Shown in pieces: positions 18,707-26,730 of a stretch of DNA of 64,000 nucleotides (positions are counted from its first letter, which is position 1; every line of letters begins with the position of its first letter). Both the position numbers and the translations under genes were made by a program. The notes beneath the pieces are model-generated. The model saw only the letters and a list, made by a program, of their open reading frames with translations. It was not told where the DNA came from and made no database searches. The DNA is from Candidatus Spongiisociaceae bacterium (GTDB lineage Bacteria; Actinomycetota; Acidimicrobiia; Spongiisociales; Spongiisociaceae): positions 4,256,001-4,320,000 of the forward strand of contig CBDCOH010000002.1 of assembly GCA_965219685.1 (NCBI GenBank), read 5' to 3'.

Positions 18707-19828
18707 ATGACCACCGAGACGCGAATCGAGTTCTCCGACGTGCTGGGCCGGCGAGTCCGCCTCGGTTCTTGGCAGGATCAGAAGATCGGCACGTACCGGA
18801 AGATCCAGGAGGCGGTGGCCGACAGCCGCTGGGACGACGCCGCGGATCTCGCCGACTACTTCGTTGACGAGGCCAGCGTCTGCTTCCTCCTCTACCGGCA
18901 GTGGATAAACGACCTGAGTGGGTTCCTGAAGCGCAAGGGCGCGACGAGCGAGGACGTGGATGCCGTGAACGCCGGAATCGTCGAGAAGATCGCGCTTCCC
19001 GACGGTTCGCCGTGGAAGCCTCGAAAGCACTGGGACCGGTTCAAGCAGGAACAGAGGAAGCTCCTCGCCCACATCTACCGGGAGGAGCCCGATGCGGCCC
19101 TTGAGGCGCTAGCTGCCATGAAGGAGACCTGGCGCCAGACCCATGACCGGGATGTGGACCACACTTACGGACTCATGTCGGAGATCTACGAGCGTCACGG
19201 CGGCCCTGGGTTGGTCGACATGTACGACGTCGTCCTCATCCCCCTGTTCGCATGGCGCTACCAGAAGTTCGACATCGACCAGCACCCGTGGGACGAGGCG
19301 CTCGAGACCCTCATGCTGGTGGCTTGCGAATCGATGCGGGGCCATCTCGTCGGACCCGAGCGGACGGGCGACTTCGAGTTGATAGAGACCGACGACCGCT
19401 TCATCCTCCGCTTCGACCCGTGCGCTTCCGGCCAGCGGACCATACGAGGTGACTGGGTGGAGGGCACGCCGCCCCGCATGGAACCCCCTTACAACTGGGC
19501 GGTCAGCAAGGAGGAGGCCTCGTGGAACCACTACACGAAGGGCATCTGCCTCTACTGCGTCCACTGCATCATCCTGATGGAGGAGATGCCCATGGATCGC
19601 TTCGGCTACCCGGTCCGAACCGTCGATCCGCCGGTCTACCCGGACACCGATCGGGATCCGGACGTCCGCCAGCAGTGCCAGTGGGAGATGTTCAAGGACC
19701 CCACCCAGGTTCCCGAGGAGTACTACACGAGGGTCGGGCGGAAGAAGCCAAAGGTGTTCGGCTCGTCGAACTTCCAAGCGATCCCCCTGCCCGACGCCGG
19801 ATCACTCGGATTGCCCGGAACCGGGTGA
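18707..19828 (+). CDS. Uncharacterised protein with Cys motifs (DPCASG, CLYCVHC, CQW)
   Basis: GGAGG RBS, GC3-rich codon usage, first gene of an operon. Confidence 0.8.
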   Translation: MTTETRIEFSDVLGRRVRLGSWQDQKIGTYRKIQEAVADSRWDDAADLADYFVDEASVCFLLYRQWINDLSGFLKRKGATSEDVDAVNAGIVEKIALPDGSPWKPRKHWDRFKQEQRKLLAHIYREEPDAALEALAAMKETWRQTHDRDVDHTYGLMSEIYERHGGPGLVDMYDVVLIPLFAWRYQKFDIDQHPWDEALETLMLVACESMRGHLVGPERTGDFELIETDDRFILRFDPCASGQRTIRGDWVEGTPPRMEPPYNWAVSKEEASWNHYTKGICLYCVHCIILMEEMPMDRFGYPVRTVDPPVYPDTDRDPDVRQQCQWEMFKDPTQVPEEYYTRVGRKKPKVFGSSNFQAIPLPDAGSLGLPGTG

Positions 19829-19832
19829 AACG

Positions 19833-20858
19833 GTGCGGGCCGCCGTACTGACCGGCTACGACCGGCCCCTCGAACTCGCCGAGTTACCCGACCCGACTCC
19901 TGGTCCGGGCGAGGTGGTGGTCGATGTCCGGGCGTGCGGGGTGTGCGGAAGCGACACCTTCCTGCAGAAGGGCGGCTTCGCTTCGGTGTTGCCGGTCGTG
20001 CCCGGTCACGAGGCGGCGGGGACCGTCTCGGCGGTGGGTCGCGATGTGTGCTCGGTAGAGGTGGGCCAGCCGGTGGCCCTCTACTACATCGACCACTGCG
20101 GCGCCTGCCGCTCGTGCAGGAACGGGCGGGTGAACATGTGCCTGGGTCTCCGGAGGATGGGCGTCGAGTTCAACGGGGCCTTCGCCGAGCGAGCCGTTCT
20201 GGGCGCAGAGTGTCTAGTCCCGGTCGATCCCGGTGACGATCCGGCTGCCGTAGCCGTGCTCACCGACGCGGTGGCCACTCCCTACCACGCCCTGGTCCGC
20301 ATCGCCCGCGCCCGCGAAGGGGAGACCGTGGTGGTGTTCGGGATCGGCGGGTTAGGCTCCAACGCGGTCCAGGTGGCCGCCTACCTGGGGTGCCGGGTGA
20401 TCGCGGTGAGCCGGTCCGACGCCAACCTCGAGCTCGCCACCCGGATGGGCGCCGACACCGTTGTGAAGGGCGGCGCCGGCGCCGTCGAGCGGATCGCCGG
20501 TGTCGTCGAGCCGGGCGGTCCGGACGTGATCATCCAGACGGTGGGATCTCCGGACGTGTACCGCCAGGCAATCGCCGCGGCTGGGATCGGGTGCCGCGTG
20601 GTCGCAGTCGGATCCACGCTCGAACCGTTCCCGGTCAACGCCATGGACCTCGTCTGGCGGGAAGCGACCCTGGCCGGCTCACGCGGCTACACGCCCCAGG
20701 ACATCCGGGACGTGGTCGATCTACACCGCCGGGGCGTGCTGACGACCGATCACCTGGTGGAGAATCCGAGACCCCTGGACGAGGTCAACGAAGCCCTCGA
20801 CGATCTACGCCGCGGGACCGTGCTGCGCTCGGTCATCACCTTCGGCAGCGGCTGGTAG
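19833..20858 (+). CDS. Zn-dependent alcohol dehydrogenase (MDR)
   Basis: CGSD, GHE, CGACRSC...C, GIGGLG. Confidence 0.92.
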   Translation: MRAAVLTGYDRPLELAELPDPTPGPGEVVVDVRACGVCGSDTFLQKGGFASVLPVVPGHEAAGTVSAVGRDVCSVEVGQPVALYYIDHCGACRSCRNGRVNMCLGLRRMGVEFNGAFAERAVLGAECLVPVDPGDDPAAVAVLTDAVATPYHALVRIARAREGETVVVFGIGGLGSNAVQVAAYLGCRVIAVSRSDANLELATRMGADTVVKGGAGAVERIAGVVEPGGPDVIIQTVGSPDVYRQAIAAAGIGCRVVAVGSTLEPFPVNAMDLVWREATLAGSRGYTPQDIRDVVDLHRRGVLTTDHLVENPRPLDEVNEALDDLRRGTVLRSVITFGSGW

Positions 20859-20959
20859 GTAACTCATGCCTCAGCCGGCTCAACGGTACGAGAGGGCTCA
20901 CCTGACCAGCGCTGAACCCCGCCGGTCCCGCCGGACCGTATCCTGGCGCCTGCCACACC

Positions 20960-22048
20960 ATGGTTGAAGCGAGCCGGACCGAACACCGGGCGATGACGGT
21001 GCGGGGGCCGGTTCCCGTATCCCGCCTGGGCCCGACGCACATTCACGAGCACCTGTACATCGACTTCCGACCGCTCCTCAGCCTGCACCCGTATGCGGTG
21101 GTCTCCGACGAACCGCTCACCATCCACACCGCGGCTGAAGCCAGGTGGAATCCCGGCGGGTTCCCGGACAACTACCACCAGACCGACGTGGACCAGGTGG
21201 TCGAGGAGTTGGCGCCCTTCCACGCCGCCGGGGGCAGGACCATCGTCGAGGTCACCCCGAGCCACATGTCGCGGGACCCGCTGGTCCTCCGGGAGATCTC
21301 GGAACGGACCGGGGTGCATGTGGTCATGGGCGGTGGCTACTACCTGGCGGGCAGCCATCCGGCCGGTACGGCTGAGCGCTCGCCGGAGGACATTGCACAG
21401 GAACTGGTCGGCGAGTGGACCGATGGGGTCGAGGACACCGGGATCCGACCGGGGATACTGGGCGAGATCGGAACGGGGGACCCGGTCCGGCCCGAGGAGA
21501 TCCGCGTTCTGCGGGCGGTCGCGTGGGCGCACCTGGAGACCGGCCTTCCTATCAGCGTCCACCTGCACCCCTGGGGATTCGAGGGCTTGAAGGTGCTCGA
21601 CGTTCTCGTCTCGGAGGGTGTGGACCCGTCGCGGGTGGTGCTGGGGCACATGAACACGGCCATCGCCGACGAGTCCTACCAGGTCGAACTCCTGGAACGC
21701 GGGGCGAACCTCGCCTACGACCTGATGGGCTTCGACCACTCGCTCATCGGTCTCGGCAAGTACCCTCCCAGCGACTTCGACATAGTCGCCGGCGTGGCGG
21801 CGCTGGCCGAACGCGGTTACCTCGGGCAACTGTTCGTATCCCAGGACATGGGCGGTGTTAAGACCCGGCTCCTCGCCTACGGTGGATGGGGATACGCCCA
21901 CATCCTCGACCACGTGATCCCCCTGTTCCGGGACGCCGGCTGGGGTGACACCGAGGTCGAGACTCTGATGGTTGCCAATCCGGCCCGCGTCCTCCGGATT
22001 CCCGGACTTGCGCCCATGGGAGGCCCAACCGCCGGCACGGTGGAGTAA
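20960..22048 (+). CDS. Phosphotriesterase-like amidohydrolase/lactonase (Php-like)
   Basis: HEH, GEIG (Glu bridge), VHL, GHM, SQD, ANPAR. Confidence 0.88.
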   Translation: MVEASRTEHRAMTVRGPVPVSRLGPTHIHEHLYIDFRPLLSLHPYAVVSDEPLTIHTAAEARWNPGGFPDNYHQTDVDQVVEELAPFHAAGGRTIVEVTPSHMSRDPLVLREISERTGVHVVMGGGYYLAGSHPAGTAERSPEDIAQELVGEWTDGVEDTGIRPGILGEIGTGDPVRPEEIRVLRAVAWAHLETGLPISVHLHPWGFEGLKVLDVLVSEGVDPSRVVLGHMNTAIADESYQVELLERGANLAYDLMGFDHSLIGLGKYPPSDFDIVAGVAALAERGYLGQLFVSQDMGGVKTRLLAYGGWGYAHILDHVIPLFRDAGWGDTEVETLMVANPARVLRIPGLAPMGGPTAGTVE

Positions 22049-22050
22049 CC

Positions 22051-22854
22051 GTGAACCCGGGGCCGGAGGCGCCGATGCTCACGGATCCCTCGTGGAGCCT
22101 GGGCGCCGGTTTGGAGGGGCGGGGGGTGATAGTGACCGGCGCCGCCAGCGGGATCGGCCGGGCCACCGCCCGGATGATGGCAGCCGCGGGGGCGCGCGTG
22201 GCGGCGGTTGACGTGGACCGCGACGGTCTGGACGAGACGATGGCGACCCTCGAAGGCCGGGACGGCCATCTGGCCATCCCCTTCGATCTCGCCGACACCG
22301 GTTCGATCCCGGATCTGGTGTCCGGAGTAGTCGAGGAGTTCGGCGATCTCTGGGCACTTGCCAACGTGGCGGCTGTCCTGCGCCGCCGGCGCCTCGACGA
22401 CGTGACCGAGCAGGATTGGGACGTGCAGATGGACGTCAACCTCAAGGCGTCGTTCTTCCTCAACCGGGAGGCGGGCAACGTGATGGTCGCCGGCGGCGGG
22501 GGAGGCCGGATCATCAACTTCGCGTCGATGGCCTGGCTGGTGGGTCCGCTCCTCGGGAGCGACGCCTATGTGATCAGCAAGGCCGGGATCGTATCGATGA
22601 CCAGAGGGTTTGCCCGGGCCTTCGGTCCCCACGGGATCCTGGTGAACACCGTGTCCCCGGGCCAGATCGACACGCCGATGCAGCACCAGGAGAACACCCC
22701 CGAGGTGATGGAACGTGCCATGGCGATGTGCCCACTCGGCCGGATGGGCCAGCCGGAGGAACTCGCCGCGGTGGTCCTGTTCCTGGCCTCCCGCCACTCC
22801 ACCTTCGTGAACGGCGCCACGATCAACGTGAGCGGCGGCCTGATTATGTACTAG
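22051..22854 (+). CDS. Short-chain dehydrogenase/reductase
   Basis: TGAASGIG, YVISK, PGQIDT; start may be 22075. Confidence 0.92.
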   Translation: MNPGPEAPMLTDPSWSLGAGLEGRGVIVTGAASGIGRATARMMAAAGARVAAVDVDRDGLDETMATLEGRDGHLAIPFDLADTGSIPDLVSGVVEEFGDLWALANVAAVLRRRRLDDVTEQDWDVQMDVNLKASFFLNREAGNVMVAGGGGGRIINFASMAWLVGPLLGSDAYVISKAGIVSMTRGFARAFGPHGILVNTVSPGQIDTPMQHQENTPEVMERAMAMCPLGRMGQPEELAAVVLFLASRHSTFVNGATINVSGGLIMY

Positions 22855-22855
22855 G

Positions 22856-22876
22856 AGTGGTGAGTGGTGAATGGTG
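22856..22876. repeat. Short heptamer run AGTGGTG x2 + AATGGTG (reverse complement of the arrays at 23.8 and 24.3 kb)
   Basis: Begins directly after the SDR stop codon. Confidence 0.65.
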
Positions 22877-23652
22877 GGCTGGTGGTCGAACCCGCTGCCC
22901 GTAAGGTGCGTGGTCCCGATCTGGAGGTCGAACGAAGCCTGTTGGAGGCGGGCCACGCCGTGGTCGCGGGGGTTGACGAGACCGGCTGGGGAGCATGGGC
23001 CGGACCACTGTCGGTCGGGGCCGCAGTCATTCCTCAGGACCAGCCGATCCCGAAGGGCCTGAGGGACTCCAAAGACCTCAGTCGGGGTCAGCTAGGAACC
23101 CTCTTCGATCTGACGCGGGAGTGGTGTACGCACTGGGCGGTTGGCCACGCCACCCACGCGGAGTGTGACGAGATGGGTTTCTCGGAGGCACGGAGCCTGG
23201 CGGCATGCCGGGCGCTGAAGGCTCTGCCGGTCGAACCCGACCACATCCTTGTGGACGGCAACAGGGACTTCGTGGATACCGGCAACACCACCTGTCTGGT
23301 CAAGGGCGACGCCATCTCTATTTCCATTGCAGCGGCATCCGTACTGGCCAAGGTAGTACGTGATCGGATCATGCGCGACTTGTCGCGCCATTTCTCCGGT
23401 TACGGCTTCGAATCCAACAAGGGATATCACTCGCCACATCACAGGGCCGCGCTCCTCAACTTGGGGCCGTCGCCTGTCCACCGGGGCAGTGTGAGGCTAA
23501 GGGTGAAGTTGCAGGATCTCCCGATGATCGGCAGTCCTCGCCATAGGCGGTATGGATTAGCGGAACCTCCACCGGACTCCGCTGACTACTCCGAACTGAG
23601 TAGGTGGATAGATCTGGATGGAGTCACCCGGCCGCCGACGGTGGCGAACTGA
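22864..23652 (+). CDS. rnhB: Ribonuclease HII (variant GWG instead of GRG)
   Basis: GVDE, AGP, DSK, VDG, KGDA, SIAAASVLAKV-RD, KGY, HR; start uncertain. Confidence 0.85.
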   Translation: MVNGGLVVEPAARKVRGPDLEVERSLLEAGHAVVAGVDETGWGAWAGPLSVGAAVIPQDQPIPKGLRDSKDLSRGQLGTLFDLTREWCTHWAVGHATHAECDEMGFSEARSLAACRALKALPVEPDHILVDGNRDFVDTGNTTCLVKGDAISISIAAASVLAKVVRDRIMRDLSRHFSGYGFESNKGYHSPHHRAALLNLGPSPVHRGSVRLRVKLQDLPMIGSPRHRRYGLAEPPPDSADYSELSRWIDLDGVTRPPTVAN

Positions 23653-23769
23653 TCGCCGTCCAAGCGTCGTGATCACGTAATGGGTTTAGACTTGTGATTA
23701 GGTATGAACATTACGTAATACCTGTCAGCGTTTTAGCACCTTCGCTATCCGCCAACCACCGGGCACCGA

Positions 23770-23860
23770 GCAACCGGCAACTGGCTACCACTCACCACTC
23801 ACCACTCACCACTCACCACTCACCACTCACCATTCACCATTCACCATTCACTATTCACCA
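23770..23860. repeat. Heptamer array GCAACYG x2, GCTACCA, CTCACCA x6, TTCACYA x4
   Basis: Directly visible; ends at the stop of the DUF4242 gene. Confidence 0.92.
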
Positions 23861-23862
23861 AC

Positions 23863-24147
23863 CTAACCCTTCTCGGTCGTGGGGTCGATCATCTTGCGGA
23901 CTTCGGTGACCACTGTGGCCGGGAAGCCGCTGCGCTCGGCGTGCTCGTCGATCAGCCCCGGGTTGTCGGAGACATAGATGCAGAAGGTCTTGTCGCCCGC
24001 TACGTAGCTTTGCTCCCACTGGATGTGCTTGCCCTCGGACTGCATGGCGTGCAGAACCGAATTGGACTTCTCGGCTGCGGCGCGCAGTTGCTCTCGCTCG
24101 GCGGATCCGATGTCAGGGATGTCCCGTTCGATGACGAAGCGTTGCAT
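23863..24147 (-). CDS. DUF4242 / SCO4226-like nickel-binding protein
   Basis: GGGAGG RBS; FVIERDIP, SYV...KTFCIY, HAERSGFPA. Confidence 0.85.
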   Translation of the reverse strand: MQRFVIERDIPDIGSAEREQLRAAAEKSNSVLHAMQSEGKHIQWEQSYVAGDKTFCIYVSDNPGLIDEHAERSGFPATVVTEVRKMIDPTTEKG

Positions 24148-24228
24148 GGTCCTCCCTTGGTGCTTGGTCCTGACTCTAGACCCTCCGGGATGTGCGAGGT
24201 GTCGGGGGTCGGGTGCACGGTGACGCAG

Positions 24229-24361
24229 GATACGATTCACGATTCACGATTCACGATTCACGATTCACCATTCACGATTCACCATTCACCATTCACCATT
24301 CACCATTCACCACTCACCACTCACCACTCACCACTCACCACTCACCACTCACCACTCACCG
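24229..24361. repeat. 19-unit heptamer array grading TTCACGA -> TTCACCA -> CTCACCA
   Basis: Directly visible. Confidence 0.95.
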
Positions 24362-24409
24362 TGTACCCTGTCGGCCTAAGTATCTGCACCTCTCGGGAAG
24401 AGGAGTGAA

Positions 24410-25504
24410 ATGGGCGAACAGTTCAGGCGGCTCTCAGGAGAGTGGATGACGCCCCGGCGTCGTTTCCTATCCGCGCTGTACGGCGGACGGGTCGACAAGG
24501 TGCCGGCGATGACCCTCAGTTCGGTGATGACCCTGGAGGCGATGGACATCGCCGACGCCGAGTTCCCGGAGGCTCACCTGGATGCCGAGAAGATGGCGCG
24601 CCTCGCAGCCACCGCCCATGAGAACCTGGACCTGGACACGATCATGCCGGTCTTCCACTCCCAACTCGAGGCCGACGCTCTCGATGCGTCCACATGGTGG
24701 GGCACCAAGGACAACTGGCCCGCCACCGACGACCACGTGCTCACGGACCCCGAGGACTTCAAGATCCCGTCCGACTACCTCGAGAGGCGATCGTTCAAGG
24801 CGGTGCTCGGGGCCATCAGGCTGCTGCGGAAGCGTTACCCGGACGTGGGCATCGTCGGCAAGGTGTACGGCCCCTGGTCGGTGGGCTTCCACATGGTGGG
24901 CATCGAGAACTTCCTCATGGACACCATCCTGGATCCCGGCAAGATACGCCGCTACCTCGAGGTGCTGCTGCCCGCGTCGATGATGTCGGCCCACGCACAG
25001 TTGGAAGCAGGCGCCGACGCCATCATGTGGGCCGACCACGCCAACCGGGAACTGGTGAGCCCGGACATGTACCGGGACTTCCTGCTGGAGATGCACCAGG
25101 GGGTGACCGAAGAGATCGGTGGGCCGAGCATCCTGCACTGCTGTGGCGAGACCACCGACCGGATTGACTACTTCGCCGAGGCGGGTTGGGACTGCTTCCA
25201 CTTCGAGTCCCAGGTCGATCCCAACGTCGCCAAGGAGATCGTCGGTGACCGCATGTCGCTCATGGGGAACATAAACAATCCTACGACGCTGTTCAGCGGC
25301 ACCTACGAAGACACGTACGAGGCGTGTATGAAGGTGCTCGAGGCAGGCGTGAACGGGGTCGCTCCCGAAGGATCGGTCCCGCTCGGAACGAAGATGGAAG
25401 TGCTCCAAGCCCTCGCGGACTCGGCGCGCGACTACTCGAACGCGCACCGGCCGGACGGGCGTCTCATCGTTCACGACCCTCCAGCGACGACCTCAGACTC
25501 CTGA
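24410..25504 (+). CDS. MtaA/CmuA-family (UroD-fold) corrinoid methyltransferase
   Basis: GAGGAG RBS; FPEAHLDAEKMARLA, GPWS, EAGADAI, ILHCCG, LMGNINN. Confidence 0.88.
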   Translation: MGEQFRRLSGEWMTPRRRFLSALYGGRVDKVPAMTLSSVMTLEAMDIADAEFPEAHLDAEKMARLAATAHENLDLDTIMPVFHSQLEADALDASTWWGTKDNWPATDDHVLTDPEDFKIPSDYLERRSFKAVLGAIRLLRKRYPDVGIVGKVYGPWSVGFHMVGIENFLMDTILDPGKIRRYLEVLLPASMMSAHAQLEAGADAIMWADHANRELVSPDMYRDFLLEMHQGVTEEIGGPSILHCCGETTDRIDYFAEAGWDCFHFESQVDPNVAKEIVGDRMSLMGNINNPTTLFSGTYEDTYEACMKVLEAGVNGVAPEGSVPLGTKMEVLQALADSARDYSNAHRPDGRLIVHDPPATTSDS

Positions 25505-25534
25505 TCCCCGCCCGGCGAGACCTTTCCCCTACCT

Positions 25535-25563
25535 TTGCACGACTGCGCGGCCCGGTATACGCT
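25535..25563 (+). promoter_or_regulatory. Putative sigma70 promoter for the corrinoid protein gene
   Basis: TTGCAC-17 bp-TACGCT. Confidence 0.55.
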
Positions 25564-25633
25564 GGGCAGATCACTGGAAAGGTTTCCAGGACCCAGTTCC
25601 GGAACTGAGCGAGTGCATGGATGACGGAGCCCG

Positions 25634-26386
25634 ATGGCCCAGCTTTCTGATATAGCGAACGACACGATACGCGCCGAGATCGAGGAGTTCCTCGAGCGGC
25701 CCGAAGAGATCGAGTACAACGTCGAGTTATTCAACCGCGCGTCGCCGGAAATGCAAGACATCGCGGCCGCCCTGATCGAGGGGGACAACGTGACGGTCGA
25801 TCGGTTGACCGCGCAGGCGCTAGAGGACGGTGTCCATGCCCTCGAGATCATGGACGACGGGCTGATAGCCGGAATGGGAATCGTGGGGATCAAGTTCCGC
25901 GAGGGGTTCGTGTTCGTTCCGGAGGTGCTCGTCTCCGCCCGGGCGATGAAGGCGGGGATGGCGCACATCGAACCGATCTTGGCGGCGTCCGGCGTGGAAC
26001 CGATCGGAACGGTGATCATGGGCACCGTGCAGGGCGACCTCCACGACATCGGCAAGAACCTCTGCATCATGATGCTCCGGGGTGGGGGATTCACGGTGAT
26101 CGACCTCGGTGTCAACACCGCGCCCGCCGAGTTCCTCGAGGCGGTCACGTCCAGCGAGGCCCGCCTAGTCGGGATGTCGGCGCTGCTGACCACCACCATG
26201 CCCAACATGGCCAAGACCGTGGAGGCGTTCAAGGACGCCGGTATTCGCGACGAGGTCAGGTTCATGGTGGGTGGCGCCCCGGTGACTCCGGAGTTCGGCC
26301 GGGAGGTGGGGGCCGATGGCTACGGCAAGGACGCTCTCGCCTGTGTGGAGTTGGCCAAGAAGCTGGCAGTCGAGGTCGGCTCCTAG
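25634..26386 (+). CDS. Corrinoid (cobalamin-binding) protein, MtaC/MttC-like
   Basis: Cap domain FVPEVL, GDLHDIGKN (DxHxxG), MSALLTTT, VGGAP. Confidence 0.93.
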   Translation: MAQLSDIANDTIRAEIEEFLERPEEIEYNVELFNRASPEMQDIAAALIEGDNVTVDRLTAQALEDGVHALEIMDDGLIAGMGIVGIKFREGFVFVPEVLVSARAMKAGMAHIEPILAASGVEPIGTVIMGTVQGDLHDIGKNLCIMMLRGGGFTVIDLGVNTAPAEFLEAVTSSEARLVGMSALLTTTMPNMAKTVEAFKDAGIRDEVRFMVGGAPVTPEFGREVGADGYGKDALACVELAKKLAVEVGS

Positions 26387-26730
26387 TGGCCGTCTCCGAC
26401 GGTGACGCAGATGCCTACCAGGAGAGGCTCGACCGGATCGCGGCTATCTTCACGGACCTGGTAGCCCACGCCGAGGTTTCGTCCCGCACCCGCTGCCCTT
26501 ACCGGGACCGGCACGATCTGTGTACGGCGCTGTTCCGGTGCCGCAACCAACTCGCCACGCCCGACGATGCGGACCGGCTGACCTGCGGCCACGACGGCAC
26601 CTTCGACTACCGGACCGCCTGGGAGGCCCACCCGCGGTCTCGGGTCCGCGCCAGGGAGAAGATCGCCAGGATCAAGCGGGACGCCGAGTCGCGCCGGATG
26701 GATCCGGCCGGGAACGGTCACTCCCCGTGA
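26386..26730 (+). CDS. Small uncharacterised protein with 4 Cys (CPY-x6-C-x5-C-x14-C)
   Basis: Overlaps both neighbouring genes (translational coupling) and fills the gap exactly. Confidence 0.75.
   Translation: MAVSDGDADAYQERLDRIAAIFTDLVAHAEVSSRTRCPYRDRHDLCTALFRCRNQLATPDDADRLTCGHDGTFDYRTAWEAHPRSRVRAREKIARIKRDAESRRMDPAGNGHSP

Noticed and set aside
20960-22048. True organophosphate hydrolase (opd)
   Set aside because: Glu-bridged Php-like type with no signal peptide; a lactonase-like role is more plausible
23770-24361. Repeat arrays as CRISPR
   Set aside because: 7-bp units without unique spacers, and no cas genes
23694-24449. His/Thr-rich ORFs (HHSPLT repeats) as metal-binding peptides
   Set aside because: They are translations of the 7-bp arrays in several frames, overlap DUF4242 antisense, and lack an RBS
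24148-25633. Cobalamin riboswitch ahead of the methyltransferase genes
   Set aside because: No B12-box-like sequence recognised; the upstream space is mostly heptamer array
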